NCBI GenBank assembly: GCA_016432345.1
Contig: CP066685.1
Span: 304,236 to 368,235, forward strand
Length of the DNA stretch: 64,000 nucleotides
Reading direction: 5' to 3'
Source: Candidatus Levyibacteriota bacterium
GTDB taxonomy: Bacteria; Patescibacteriota; Microgenomatia; Levybacterales; UBA12049
Both the position numbers and the translations under genes were made by a program. The first letter of the stretch is position 1, and every line of letters starts with the position of its first letter. Shown here in pieces: positions 9,277 to 18,785 of this stretch. Below the pieces are notes generated by a model. That model had not been told where the DNA came from. It made no database searches and was given only the letters and a program-made list of their open reading frames with translations.

Positions 9277-11013
9277 ATGGTAGATTTTCAGTGGTTAATT
9301 GGTGGCGAAGCAGGATATGGCATTATGACTGTTGGCGCCATAATGGGAAAAGTATTTACTCGTCTCGGCTTGTCGGTTTTTGACTATACAGAATATCCTT
9401 CTCTTATTCGTGGAGGTCATAACGCGTATTATGTTAGGGCATCAGATGAAGAGATTTTTTGCCAGAAGCAGCCAGTTGATATACTCGTTGCATTAAATCG
9501 GGAAACAATTGATAGACACAAACACGAATTAACTCCGCAAGCGCTTGTAGTTTATGACCCGAATGTTACTAAGGTTGAGTCTACAGAATTTACTACACAA
9601 ACTCTTATTCTAATTCCTTTTTTAGAATTAACAAAGCAAGTTGGGGCAGATAGACTGATGATTAATACTGTGGCGGTTGGCGCATCGATTGCTCTTTTAT
9701 ACAATGATTTCTCTGTTTTAGAGGGAATACTCAAAGATATTTTTGGAAGAAAAGGTGAAAAAGTTATTGCGCTTAACGTTGATACCTCAAGAGCTGGGTT
9801 TGATTATGTTGTCAAAAATTTTGCCGGTAAATCACAAATTGCAATACAAGAAAAACCGCAGGAGAATTTGTTTATCGGCGGAGCTGAAAGTTTGGCTCTT
9901 GGGGCAATTCGGGCGGGGGTAAAGTTTGCAGCCATTTACCCGATGACACCTATTAATGCCGTCCTTACGACGCTTTCTGCATACGCACTTAAATATAACA
10001 TTGTGGTAAAAGAGCCGGAAGATGAAATTGCCGGAGTTAATATGGCAATTGGCGCCTCTTTTGCTGGAGTGAGAAGTATTGCTGCCACATCTGGCGGCGG
10101 TTTTGCTTTAATGGTAGAAGGTTTAGGTCTTGCAGCCCAAACCGAAACACCGCTTGTAGTAATTGAAGGTATGCGACCAGGGCCAGCAACAGGTATGCCA
10201 ACTTGGACAGATCAGGGTGATGTGAGGTTTGTTTTGCATGCGGCGCATGGAGATTTTCCTCGAATTGTTGTTGCTCCGGGCGATTGTCTGGAGGCATTTA
10301 CATATGTAATGGAAGCATTTAATTTAGCAGAAAAGTATCAAATGCTTGTTATTGTGCTTACAGATAAATATCTTAATGAAGGACACACCACACTCAAAAT
10401 CTCAAATCTCAAATCTCAAATCTCAAATTATAAAATTGACAGGGGGAAGATGCTGACCGATGAAGAAGCATTAAAAGAGACAGATTATAAACGATATCTG
10501 TTTACAGAAGATGGAATTTCACCACGTTCAATACCTGGCCAGCAGAATGGAATTGCCTTAAATGGATCCGATGAACATGATGAGAAGGGTTTGTATAACG
10601 AAACTTCAAAAATGCGAACAACAATGATGGACAAACGTTTTAAAAAATTAGACGCGGTTGCAAAAATATTGCCGCCGCCTGTAATATACGGCGACAAAGA
10701 TGCAAGTCTTACTATTGTTGGATTTGGATCGACAAAATTGCCGGTACTCGAGGCAATAAAGTGGTTAAAAAAAGAAGGAATAAGTGTTAATTTTTTGCAG
10801 GTTGTATATCTAAATCCCTTTCCGGCAGATGTGGTACTACAAATATTAACTGGTGCAAAAAAAACATTGGTTATCGAAGGTAATAAAACAGGCCAATTCG
10901 AAAGTGTTGTTCGGGAAAAGACAGGATTTGTATTTAGTAATCATTTTCGAAAATATGACGGCCGACCATTTTACCCGGAGGAAATAGTGGAGAAGGTGCG
11001 GTCATTACTATGA
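9277..11013 (+). CDS. 2-oxoacid:ferredoxin oxidoreductase alpha subunit (gamma-alpha fusion)
   Basis: GGEAGYG, IRGGH, YPMTP, EDEIAG, TSGGGF, RPGPATGMPT; start reset to ATG 9277. Confidence 0.95.
   Translation: MVDFQWLIGGEAGYGIMTVGAIMGKVFTRLGLSVFDYTEYPSLIRGGHNAYYVRASDEEIFCQKQPVDILVALNRETIDRHKHELTPQALVVYDPNVTKVESTEFTTQTLILIPFLELTKQVGADRLMINTVAVGASIALLYNDFSVLEGILKDIFGRKGEKVIALNVDTSRAGFDYVVKNFAGKSQIAIQEKPQENLFIGGAESLALGAIRAGVKFAAIYPMTPINAVLTTLSAYALKYNIVVKEPEDEIAGVNMAIGASFAGVRSIAATSGGGFALMVEGLGLAAQTETPLVVIEGMRPGPATGMPTWTDQGDVRFVLHAAHGDFPRIVVAPGDCLEAFTYVMEAFNLAEKYQMLVIVLTDKYLNEGHTTLKISNLKSQISNYKIDRGKMLTDEEALKETDYKRYLFTEDGISPRSIPGQQNGIALNGSDEHDEKGLYNETSKMRTTMMDKRFKKLDAVAKILPPPVIYGDKDASLTIVGFGSTKLPVLEAIKWLKKEGISVNFLQVVYLNPFPADVVLQILTGAKKTLVIEGNKTGQFESVVREKTGFVFSNHFRKYDGRPFYPEEIVEKVRSLL
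10397..10437 (+). repeat. In-gene heptamer array (AAATCTC)x4 + variants
   Basis: Read directly; encodes KISNLKSQISNYKI. Confidence 0.95.
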
Positions 11014-11900
11014 CAACGTTAAAAGATTTAGAAATTACTTATGACAAACCAAACTGGTGCCCAGGGTGCGGAGATTTTGGCGTTTGGGTGTCGTTAAAGA
11101 ATGCAATTGTGCAGTTAAATTTAAATCCATGGGAAGTTGTGTTAGTTTCTGGGATTGGATGCTCAAGCAAACTACCTTATTGGGTAAAAACATATGGATT
11201 TAACGGCCTACATGGCCGTCCAATGCCTGCGGCAGAGGCAATTAGATTAGCAAACCATGGATTAACAGTTATTGTTGTTGCCGGAGATGGGGATCAATAT
11301 GGGGAAGGGCTTAGTCATTTTATTCATGCTGCAAGACGCAACATAAACATCACCGTTCTAGTACATAACAATCAAATTTATGGGTTAACAACCGGTCAGT
11401 ATTCGCCGGCAACCGATATGGGAGAAAAAAATAAGGCAACACCTGTCCCAACTGTTGAAGCACCGGTCAATCCAATAAGTTTAGCGTTATCAGCTGGTGC
11501 CACATTTATTGCCCGCGGATTTGCCGGAGACAACAAGCAAGAAACAGAATTATTAATTGAAGCAATTAAGCATAAAGGGTTTTCATTTGTTGACACTATG
11601 CAGCCATGTGTAACGTTTAACCACAAAAATACCTTTGCTTGGTTTTACGAGCGAGTCTATAAAGTAGAAACAAAAAATCATGACCCTAAGGATAAGACAG
11701 AAGCATTTGAAATAGCCGAAAGTTGGCCCCTTCGCAGGCTTCTTAAAGAGGGTGAGAAGGAGCAGATAGCTACAGGAATTATTTATCAGGAAGAAAGGCC
11801 TACATGGGAAGATGGTATCCCCCAAATCTCCACAATGCGGTTGGTTAAGCAGTCAATAGAAAACATAGACATTAACTCAATTTTAGATGAGTTAATATAG
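11010..11900 (+). CDS. 2-oxoacid:ferredoxin oxidoreductase beta subunit (TPP-binding)
   Basis: WCPGCGD, GIGCS, LHGR, GDGD, YGLTTGQ, QPCVTFN. Confidence 0.95.
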   Translation: MTTLKDLEITYDKPNWCPGCGDFGVWVSLKNAIVQLNLNPWEVVLVSGIGCSSKLPYWVKTYGFNGLHGRPMPAAEAIRLANHGLTVIVVAGDGDQYGEGLSHFIHAARRNINITVLVHNNQIYGLTTGQYSPATDMGEKNKATPVPTVEAPVNPISLALSAGATFIARGFAGDNKQETELLIEAIKHKGFSFVDTMQPCVTFNHKNTFAWFYERVYKVETKNHDPKDKTEAFEIAESWPLRRLLKEGEKEQIATGIIYQEERPTWEDGIPQISTMRLVKQSIENIDINSILDELI

Positions 11901-11917
11901 TATCAAATTATTAGTTA

Positions 11918-11952
11918 TTGACATGTTTAGTAACATTTAGTACAATTTAGTC
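11918..11952 (+). promoter_or_regulatory. Sigma70 promoter (leaderless) with three TTTAGT direct repeats at 10-bp spacing
   Basis: TTGACA 11918-11923, 17 bp, TACAAT 11941-11946, ATG 6 nt later; TTTAGT at 11926, 11936 and 11946. Confidence 0.8.
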
Positions 11953-12219
11953 ATGAATGGTAACATAATTTCTGCTAAGGTTTATACACCAGAGCAAGTA
12001 GCAACGATGCTTCAGCTTTCTAAAAATACGGTATATCAACTTATTAATCGGGGTGAGATTATCGCCAAAAAGATTGGTAAGGTCTATCGTATTCCTGCAA
12101 GTTCTCTGTCCTTTGTCTTTACAGGACTCGATTACGATCTCTACAAGGCAGAAAAAGAAGACCGAAAGCAGTTATCTAAAGTCCAAGAAGAGATTGCAAA
12201 AGTACGAGCTACTCTGTAA
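11953..12219 (+). CDS. Excisionase-family HTH protein, putative antitoxin
   Basis: YTPEQVATMLQLSKNTVYQLINRGEIIAKKIGKVYRIP. Confidence 0.85.
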   Translation: MNGNIISAKVYTPEQVATMLQLSKNTVYQLINRGEIIAKKIGKVYRIPASSLSFVFTGLDYDLYKAEKEDRKQLSKVQEEIAKVRATL

Positions 12220-12223
12220 CTTT

Positions 12224-12649
12224 ATGGCTCTGAAAGTTTTTGTCGATACAGATGTTGTAATTTCTTCTCTTATTTCGCCAACTGGCGCAGCACATTTTTT
12301 ACTCAACCAAACAGACGACTTTGATTTGTTTGTTTCAAATATATCTGCAAAAGAAATCGACAAAGTTGTAAAACGGCTGCATCTTGATATAGAAAAAGCA
12401 AAAAATCTTATACAGAAACGTTTTTTTACTGTTCAATTAAAAGAAACGATTGAAGATATAAAATTAGTTTTCGATGAATATGTATTAGATATTAATGATG
12501 CGCATATTGTAGCGGGCGCAAAAACTGCGCATGCGCAATTTCTTATTTCTTACAATACAAAACACTTTAAGGCAGATAAATTAAAAAAAGATTTTAATAT
12601 TATTCTTGCCACTCCGGCAAGCTTTCTACAATATTTAAGAAGCCATTAA
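12224..12649 (+). CDS. PIN domain protein, putative toxin
   Basis: VFVDTDVVIS, DINDAHIVAGA, LISYNTKHF; start reset to ATG 12224. Confidence 0.85.
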   Translation: MALKVFVDTDVVISSLISPTGAAHFLLNQTDDFDLFVSNISAKEIDKVVKRLHLDIEKAKNLIQKRFFTVQLKETIEDIKLVFDEYVLDINDAHIVAGAKTAHAQFLISYNTKHFKADKLKKDFNIILATPASFLQYLRSH

Positions 12650-13780
12650 GCTCTCTTTTAAGATTTCCTTATATACCTTTTTATACTCATCTACCATTTT
12701 TTCTACAGTAAAGTTTTCTTCAACATGTTTGCGGCACAAACGGCGCATTTGTAGATATTCATTTTTAGGCATTGCATATATTCGGTTAACTGCCTCGCGC
12801 AAACCGTTAATACCTGTTTTTTTAATAATCCAGTTTCCTCTTATATCATCATCTGACGGATTCACAATAAAGCCAGTTTCTCCATCTTTTATGATTTCAG
12901 GTATTGATCCTCGTCCATACGCAATAACAGGAGTTCCACATGCCATAGATTCAGTCATAACTAGTCCAAAAGGTTCTTCCCATTGAACAGGGAAAAGGAA
13001 AAGCTTACTTGTTTGAAAGTGTTTAATGAGCTCATGGCGATTTTTATTTAAAGCAATAGAAATTGAAGTGGAAAGGTTAACCTGATCAATTTTTTGCAAA
13101 ATATCATTAAACCACAGTTTATGCTCGCTTTTTGTAATTCCAAAAAGTTTGAGGTTTTGTTTTGTCAGCCTTGCTATCTCTATGACAATATCCATTCCTT
13201 TTTGAGGAATTGCCCGTCCTGCCCACATCATGTTTGTACCTCCTTGGGGATTAAAGATAAAACTATGGTAAGCATCGATTCCATGATAGATAGTAGCAAT
13301 ATAGGGTAGGTATGGTAAGCGTTTTCTTTGTATGTTAGTTGGAGAAACAAAGTAGACGTTTTTGTTCTCTTCGAAGAGAGAGAAATATTTTTTTGCATAC
13401 TGGATATCTGTGGGGTGATATAAAGTAATCAGAATAGGTTTTTTTACAAAAGGGGCAAAAGGTAGGGCAATGTCGCCATCACCTATATTAATATGATAAA
13501 GATCAAACTTATCTTGTTGCGAGAAGGCTTTGGAAAGAAGTGCTAATTCAAAGATAATGTGCTTACCGGCTTTAATAATATGCTCATTAGCAGTAGAGGG
13601 ATAATAATCAATACTCTCGATTTTTGTAGGTAGGTCAGAATCTCCGGAAGCAAAAGTCGTGATTTGAAGACTTTTTTGTTTTACCAAGCTATTAATAAAG
13701 GTATGAACAATAATTTCTGTCCCTTTTTTTGTAGTCTTTTTAAGACTAAGATAATTTGAAGCAATAATTGCGACTTTCAT
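12635..13780 (-). CDS. GT4 (GT-B) glycosyltransferase
   Basis: WEEPFGLVMTESMACGTPVIAYGRGSIPEII. Confidence 0.9.
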   Translation of the reverse strand: MKVAIIASNYLSLKKTTKKGTEIIVHTFINSLVKQKSLQITTFASGDSDLPTKIESIDYYPSTANEHIIKAGKHIIFELALLSKAFSQQDKFDLYHINIGDGDIALPFAPFVKKPILITLYHPTDIQYAKKYFSLFEENKNVYFVSPTNIQRKRLPYLPYIATIYHGIDAYHSFIFNPQGGTNMMWAGRAIPQKGMDIVIEIARLTKQNLKLFGITKSEHKLWFNDILQKIDQVNLSTSISIALNKNRHELIKHFQTSKLFLFPVQWEEPFGLVMTESMACGTPVIAYGRGSIPEIIKDGETGFIVNPSDDDIRGNWIIKKTGINGLREAVNRIYAMPKNEYLQMRRLCRKHVEENFTVEKMVDEYKKVYKEILKESLMAS

Positions 13781-13789
13781 AAACTTTTG

Positions 13790-16018
13790 TCATGCTAGAC
13801 TGGATAATGTTTTTAGAAACTCTGCTGACCAGCGGTAGATATTATGAATTTTAACCACCTCTCTCATTTTAATCATTCGTATTGTTTGTTCTGATTCTTT
13901 CATCTCCAGTCCTAATTGTATAGCATCGGCAACCTGCTCTATATTATAGGGATTAATAATTAAAGCATCTTTTAGTTCGCGCGAAGCTCCAGCAAATTGA
14001 CTTAAAATTAATACTCCTTTCTCATCGCTTCTTGAAGCAACGAACTCTTTTGATACAAGGTTCATGCCGTCATGGAGAGAAGTGACTAAGCATATATTTG
14101 CTATTTTGTAAAATTCATTGATTTCTTTGTGCGTATAGCGTTTTTTAAGAAAAATTATTGGTTTCCATCCTTTCGTTTGAAACATGGCATTAATTTTTTC
14201 TACTTCTGTTTTGACGTCGTTTTCAAAATCTTGGTACCTTTTTATTTTGCTTCGCGAGGGAGGCGAGACCTGAATAAATGTAAAATGCTCTTTGTATGAG
14301 GGATATTTATTTAAGAAAAACGCAATTGCCTTAAACCGCTCTATGATTCCTTTTGTATAATCGAGTCTGTCAACGCCAAGCCCAATATATTTTGTTTTTA
14401 TGTCAAATGTTTTTAGTATATTGTTGCTATCCAGCTCGCCTGATTTGTCATTTGGTTCGGAGAGATATCCATTATAAAATGCTATACTTATGGGGAATGG
14501 TTTTATATAGCTTGTATGTCCATTTCTAGTTACGGCAAATTGTTCTAAATCAATCAGGGATTCTAATTCTCCTCCAACCGTATCAATAAAATTATTGCAA
14601 TACAGTTGCGTTTGAAAGCCAACTAAGTCTGCGCCTAAAATGCCGTTTAATAGTTCTTTACGGAATGGACAAATACGAAAAGATTCGGAATTTGGCCATG
14701 GGACATGCCAAAATATGCCAATTTTCGCATCAGGCCTCTGTTTTTTTATCAGTGTTGGAAGAAGCGCTAAGTGAAAATCTTGAATAAGCAGCATTGGATT
14801 TTTAATATTTTTAATTTCCTGTAGCACCGCTTTTGCAAATTTTTCATTTGCTGATTTGTATTCTAACCAATCTTCTTTTCTAAAGATTGGTCTTGTATGG
14901 GCAATATGGCAAAGCGGCCAAAGGCCTTCGTTGGAAAATCCATAATAATATCCTTTTTCTTCTTCTTCAGACAGCCAAACTCTGCGTAATGTATATTTTG
15001 GTTCATGGGGCGGGACTTTTACTCGATCATGATTGTCTACAACAAGCTTGTCAGCATTGCCGCTTCCATGGGCGATCCATGTGCCACCACATGCCTGCAT
15101 TACTGGTTCGATTGCTGTTACTACGCCACTTGTCGGGAAAAAATAACTTATGTCTCCCCCATTTTTTGTATGTATATATGGTTCTCTGTTAGATACGACG
15201 AGTATTGCTTGGTCTTTTAAAACATTTTTAATAAATTCCTTTAAACGTTCTGCTGTCCAAGGGGCATTAACCTTATCAAGTCCCAACTTTGCTTCCTCGC
15301 TTACGGCAAATCTTGCTTCCATCAGACTTCTATTAATGTTTGAAATTTCTCTAACGAGTGGTTGAAAAAAAGGGTTATTTGGTATCTGTTTAGACTTATC
15401 TCCTATACGAGTTGATTTTAATGATTCCACAATATTTTGTATGGGCTTATGAATAACCCATCGTAAAAATAAAATTGCTGCTATTGACAGAAGAAAAACC
15501 TGTATCGATAAACGCATTAAACTATTTCTCCATATTTCCTGTATGCGCGTATCAATATATCCAGCGTTTTGCGCTACCATCAAAGCTCCTACTACGCTTG
15601 TTTTGTCATGAAGAGGAACAGCAAAAATATATATGTTGCTGTCGTTAAGCGTAACGAAATCTCCGTTTGCCTTATCTCCATCCATTGCGTCAGATACAAT
15701 TTGTTGAGGTTCTAATGTTTCTTTAGATAAGCTTGAAGAAACAGCAATAATTTTACCCTTGTTGTCGAATATCGATAATCCAACGAGCCTTTCTTTATTG
15801 GCAAATTTTTCGACGACCGTTTGAAGATATTCATCTGATTTGTTAATAAAATTTGGCTCGACTGTTTCTCTTAAACTTTCTGCAAGGAGTGTTGATCTAT
15901 GTTGCAGGTCAATACTTAGTCTTTTTTCTTCTTGATCAACCTGTTTTATACTAAAGGAAATAACAACAAGTCCAACAATTGCCGCTATTAAAAAAACTAT
16001 TATTATAATTTGTCTCAT
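13790..16018 (-). CDS. otsA: Trehalose-6-phosphate synthase (GT20) with N-terminal TM-sensor-TM extension
   Basis: VVSNREP, YYGFSNEGLWP, QDFHL, FWHVPWP, VDRLDYTKG, DGMNLVSKE. Confidence 0.9.
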   Translation of the reverse strand: MRQIIIIVFLIAAIVGLVVISFSIKQVDQEEKRLSIDLQHRSTLLAESLRETVEPNFINKSDEYLQTVVEKFANKERLVGLSIFDNKGKIIAVSSSLSKETLEPQQIVSDAMDGDKANGDFVTLNDSNIYIFAVPLHDKTSVVGALMVAQNAGYIDTRIQEIWRNSLMRLSIQVFLLSIAAILFLRWVIHKPIQNIVESLKSTRIGDKSKQIPNNPFFQPLVREISNINRSLMEARFAVSEEAKLGLDKVNAPWTAERLKEFIKNVLKDQAILVVSNREPYIHTKNGGDISYFFPTSGVVTAIEPVMQACGGTWIAHGSGNADKLVVDNHDRVKVPPHEPKYTLRRVWLSEEEEKGYYYGFSNEGLWPLCHIAHTRPIFRKEDWLEYKSANEKFAKAVLQEIKNIKNPMLLIQDFHLALLPTLIKKQRPDAKIGIFWHVPWPNSESFRICPFRKELLNGILGADLVGFQTQLYCNNFIDTVGGELESLIDLEQFAVTRNGHTSYIKPFPISIAFYNGYLSEPNDKSGELDSNNILKTFDIKTKYIGLGVDRLDYTKGIIERFKAIAFFLNKYPSYKEHFTFIQVSPPSRSKIKRYQDFENDVKTEVEKINAMFQTKGWKPIIFLKKRYTHKEINEFYKIANICLVTSLHDGMNLVSKEFVASRSDEKGVLILSQFAGASRELKDALIINPYNIEQVADAIQLGLEMKESEQTIRMIKMREVVKIHNIYRWSAEFLKTLSSLA

Positions 16019-16039
16019 TAGTTACTCTATTTTAACACA

Positions 16040-16074
16040 CAAAAACCCCCGAGGTAAACCTTTTGGGGGTTTTG
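16040..16074 (-). terminator. Rho-independent terminator after the DUF5679-like gene
   Basis: AAAACCCCC..AGG-TAAA-CCT..GGGGGTTTT hairpin with T-tracts on both strands. Confidence 0.7.
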
Positions 16075-16094
16075 TTTTGATAGACAAAAGCTTT

Positions 16095-16238
16095 TTATGC
16101 TGCGCCGATCTTGTACATGCCAGTGCCACAAGTTGGGCATTTGCCTTTCATTGCTGGTTTACCATTTTTCATGGTAACTTTAACAGCTGCTGGATCTTCT
16201 CTTTTTGCTCTGCATTTTACACAATACATTGATGCCAT
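16095..16238 (-). CDS. 47-aa zinc-ribbon protein (DUF5679-like), absent from the ORF track
   Basis: MASMYCVKCRAKREDPAAVKVTMKNGKPAMKGKCPTCGTGMYKIGAA; strong GGAGGTGA Shine-Dalgarno. Confidence 0.9.
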   Translation of the reverse strand: MASMYCVKCRAKREDPAAVKVTMKNGKPAMKGKCPTCGTGMYKIGAA

Positions 16239-16259
16239 AATATAATTCACCTCCCTCCA

Positions 16260-16493
16260 TCAATAAGTTATAAAAGGAATTTTTACTACTTGGTTTTTTA
16301 CCATGTATGAAAGGATCAGCTCTCCTATAATAATCCCTCCTGTGAGGAAACAGGTTTTTATGATATCGCGCATAAGATAAGAGTAAATATGCGTTGGAGA
16401 ATAAGACTGGATAGAATAAGAGGCTTGCAATTGCAGCTTTTTATGATGATCAGCGATAATTTTTTCTTTACGGGTTGGTCTTGCCTTAGCCAT
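16260..16493 (-). CDS. Small hypothetical membrane protein
   Basis: ORF with basic N-terminus and one TM; divergent promoter upstream. Confidence 0.65.
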   Translation of the reverse strand: MAKARPTRKEKIIADHHKKLQLQASYSIQSYSPTHIYSYLMRDIIKTCFLTGGIIIGELILSYMVKNQVVKIPFITY

Positions 16494-16504
16494 AGAATAC
16501 GGAA

Positions 16505-16545
16505 AGATTACACTATTGACATGGAGGCTGTCAAGAGGCTAATAT
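16505..16545. promoter_or_regulatory. Divergent overlapping sigma70 promoters
   Basis: TTGACA 16516-16521 (+) with TAATAT 16540; TTGACA 16534-16529 (-) with TAATCT 16510-16505; both 18-bp spacers. Confidence 0.55.
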
Positions 16546-16554
16546 AAATAAAAC

Positions 16555-17022
16555 ATGGTATTTAATCTTCAACTCTTGGGTTTAATTATCACAATAATTT
16601 GGTTAGGTATACTTACAACATTATTTTGGCAATTTTCTTCTCATTACAATAATTTAACTCGCGGTATTAGCACGAAGACTCTTAAATCAATTTTGGATCA
16701 TATTCTGGTTCAACTTGAGGAAGCAGAGAAAAACATGTCTCTTTTGAAGATAAAATGTGATAAACTAGAAAAGGAAGGGTTATTTCATATTCAAAAAATC
16801 GGTCTATTGCGTTTTAATCCTTTTAAAGATACGGGTGGGGACCAAAGTTTTATTTTATCACTTGTTGATGCGAATAATACAGGAGTTATAATTACTGGTT
16901 TATATTCAAGATCAGGTACGAGATGGTATGCAAAACGAGTGATCAATGGCAAGGGAATGGAACATGAATTATCGGATGAAGAGAAAAAGGTTATAAAGGA
17001 AGCAAGGAGTACTAATGCATAA
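16555..17022 (+). CDS. DUF4446-like membrane-anchored protein
   Basis: IQKIGLLRFNPFKDTGGDQSF, LYSR, LSDEE. Confidence 0.8.
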   Translation: MVFNLQLLGLIITIIWLGILTTLFWQFSSHYNNLTRGISTKTLKSILDHILVQLEEAEKNMSLLKIKCDKLEKEGLFHIQKIGLLRFNPFKDTGGDQSFILSLVDANNTGVIITGLYSRSGTRWYAKRVINGKGMEHELSDEEKKVIKEARSTNA

Positions 17023-18172
17023 GAAAAAAATACAAATGATTGTAATTGCGGCGCTAGCATATTTATTGTCGGCAGAAGCATCGTACGCAATTTTTTCGCG
17101 TGTTTCTCCGCAAAAACAAGTAATTGTGCAGCCTGTGCCAAAAACAACTAACGGAAGTATCACATTTGATGATGCGCTTCCTAAAACAGAGGAATGTCCT
17201 ATGAACGGACAAAAATATTCAGAAAAGCAAAGAGAGTGGTGGGAAAAACACAGACCCCTTACTGTGATGATTGAAAATCACGAGAATTCCCGGCCGCAAT
17301 CAGGGCTTACTTTTGCAGATATTGTATACGAAGCAGTAGCAGAGGGCGGTATTACTCGCTTTATGGCAGTATATTATTGTCAGGACGCAAATCCAATCGG
17401 GCCTGTAAGGTCGGCTCGAACATACTTTATTGATTTTGCATCGGAGTATGGAGAATCACCGCTTTATGCACATGTAGGCGGAGCAAATACACCAGGTCCT
17501 GCCGATGCACTTTCTCAACTTACAACTTATGAGTGGACTGGCTATAACGATTTAAATCAGTTTTCAATAGGTTTTCCAACATTCTGGCGAGACTATGACA
17601 GGTTAGGTTATACAACGGAAACAGAACATACGATGTATTCAACAACTACAAAACTTTGGGATTTTGCTAAGAAACAGCGAGGATTAAGTAATGTTGATAA
17701 AGAAGGAGAGTCTTGGGACAAAAAGTTTATTAAGTATTTGTTTAAGGATGATAAAGCGTCTGCAGTAAATCAAACAATCCATCTCGAGTTTTGGGATAAT
17801 TATTCGGCTTACTTTGCTGATTGGACTTATGATAAACAGTCAAATAGTTATAAGAGAAGTAACGGTGGAAAATCACATATAGATAATAATACAAAAAAAC
17901 AGTTGACAACAAAAAATATTGTTGTATTATTCATGCAGGAAAGCAATGCAAATGATGGCTACGAGGACAACTTGCATCTTCTTTACAAGACTAAAGGGAC
18001 AGGGAAAGCGCAAATATATATGGATGGAAAAGAAATAAAAGGGACTTGGCGAAAGGATAGTAGAACAGGAAGAACACTAATTTTTGACAGTTCTGGAGAT
18101 GCGATAAAGTTTAATAGAGGAAAAATTTGGTTCGAAATCCTGCCCACAACTGGAGTAATAACGGTAAAATAA
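17015..18172 (+). CDS. DUF3048-like secreted protein
   Basis: VMIEN, RPQSGL, EGGITRF, GPVRSAR. Confidence 0.85.
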   Translation: MHKKKIQMIVIAALAYLLSAEASYAIFSRVSPQKQVIVQPVPKTTNGSITFDDALPKTEECPMNGQKYSEKQREWWEKHRPLTVMIENHENSRPQSGLTFADIVYEAVAEGGITRFMAVYYCQDANPIGPVRSARTYFIDFASEYGESPLYAHVGGANTPGPADALSQLTTYEWTGYNDLNQFSIGFPTFWRDYDRLGYTTETEHTMYSTTTKLWDFAKKQRGLSNVDKEGESWDKKFIKYLFKDDKASAVNQTIHLEFWDNYSAYFADWTYDKQSNSYKRSNGGKSHIDNNTKKQLTTKNIVVLFMQESNANDGYEDNLHLLYKTKGTGKAQIYMDGKEIKGTWRKDSRTGRTLIFDSSGDAIKFNRGKIWFEILPTTGVITVK

Positions 18173-18201
18173 GGAGGGACTCCCCGTATAACGGGGCAGG
18201 T

Positions 18202-18777
18202 ATGTTTGCAGATTTAATTACATCTAAATCTAGAGTAACATTATTGAGTGTATTTTTTTTGTTTCCGTTTGAGATGTTTCATGTGAGAGAGCTTGTGAGA
18301 CGGACAGGAGATGAGATAAATGCAGTTCGCCGCGAATTATCTTTTTTAGAAAAAAAAGGTGTTCTTGCAAAAGAACCGCGAGCGAACAGAATTTATTATA
18401 CACTTTCTAAAAGTTACTCATTTTATTACGATCTGTTAAATATCGGAGCAAAAACAGTTGGTTTAGGAGCAGAGATACTTAAAAATCGCGCAAAACTTGG
18501 AAAAATAAAGTATGCAATGTTTTCGGGAGGATTTGTGAGAAGAGTAAAAAAAGGGCCAGACAGCGTTGATCTTTTAGTGGTGGGCACTGTTGTTTTACCG
18601 GAATTAGCACTTTTGGTAAAAGGTGAAGAAAAGAGGCTTGAGACAGAAATTAATTACACTGTTATGTCAGAGGAAGAATTTAATTTTAGAAAAAAAAGAA
18701 GCGATCCATTTATTATCTCGATCCTTACAAGATCAAGGTTAATGCTTGTTGGCGACGAGGAGCAAATGCTTGTATAA
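18202..18777 (+). CDS. Winged-HTH protein with C-terminal nucleotidyltransferase-like domain
   Basis: SKSRVTLL, HVRELVR, NAVRREL; VDLLVVG, EINYTVMSEEEF; start reset to ATG 18202. Confidence 0.7.
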   Translation: MFADLITSKSRVTLLSVFFLFPFEMFHVRELVRRTGDEINAVRRELSFLEKKGVLAKEPRANRIYYTLSKSYSFYYDLLNIGAKTVGLGAEILKNRAKLGKIKYAMFSGGFVRRVKKGPDSVDLLVVGTVVLPELALLVKGEEKRLETEINYTVMSEEEFNFRKKRSDPFIISILTRSRLMLVGDEEQMLV

Positions 18778-18785
18778 TTTACTTG

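Noticed and set aside
12053..12223. N-terminal extension or frameshift fusion of the PIN ORF
   Set aside because: Overlaps the HTH gene; the PIN motif begins right after ATG 12224.
18182..18196. CCCCGT-ATA-ACGGGG hairpin as a terminator
   Set aside because: Short stem with no U-tract, 5 nt before the next ATG; possibly a small palindromic element but single-copy here.
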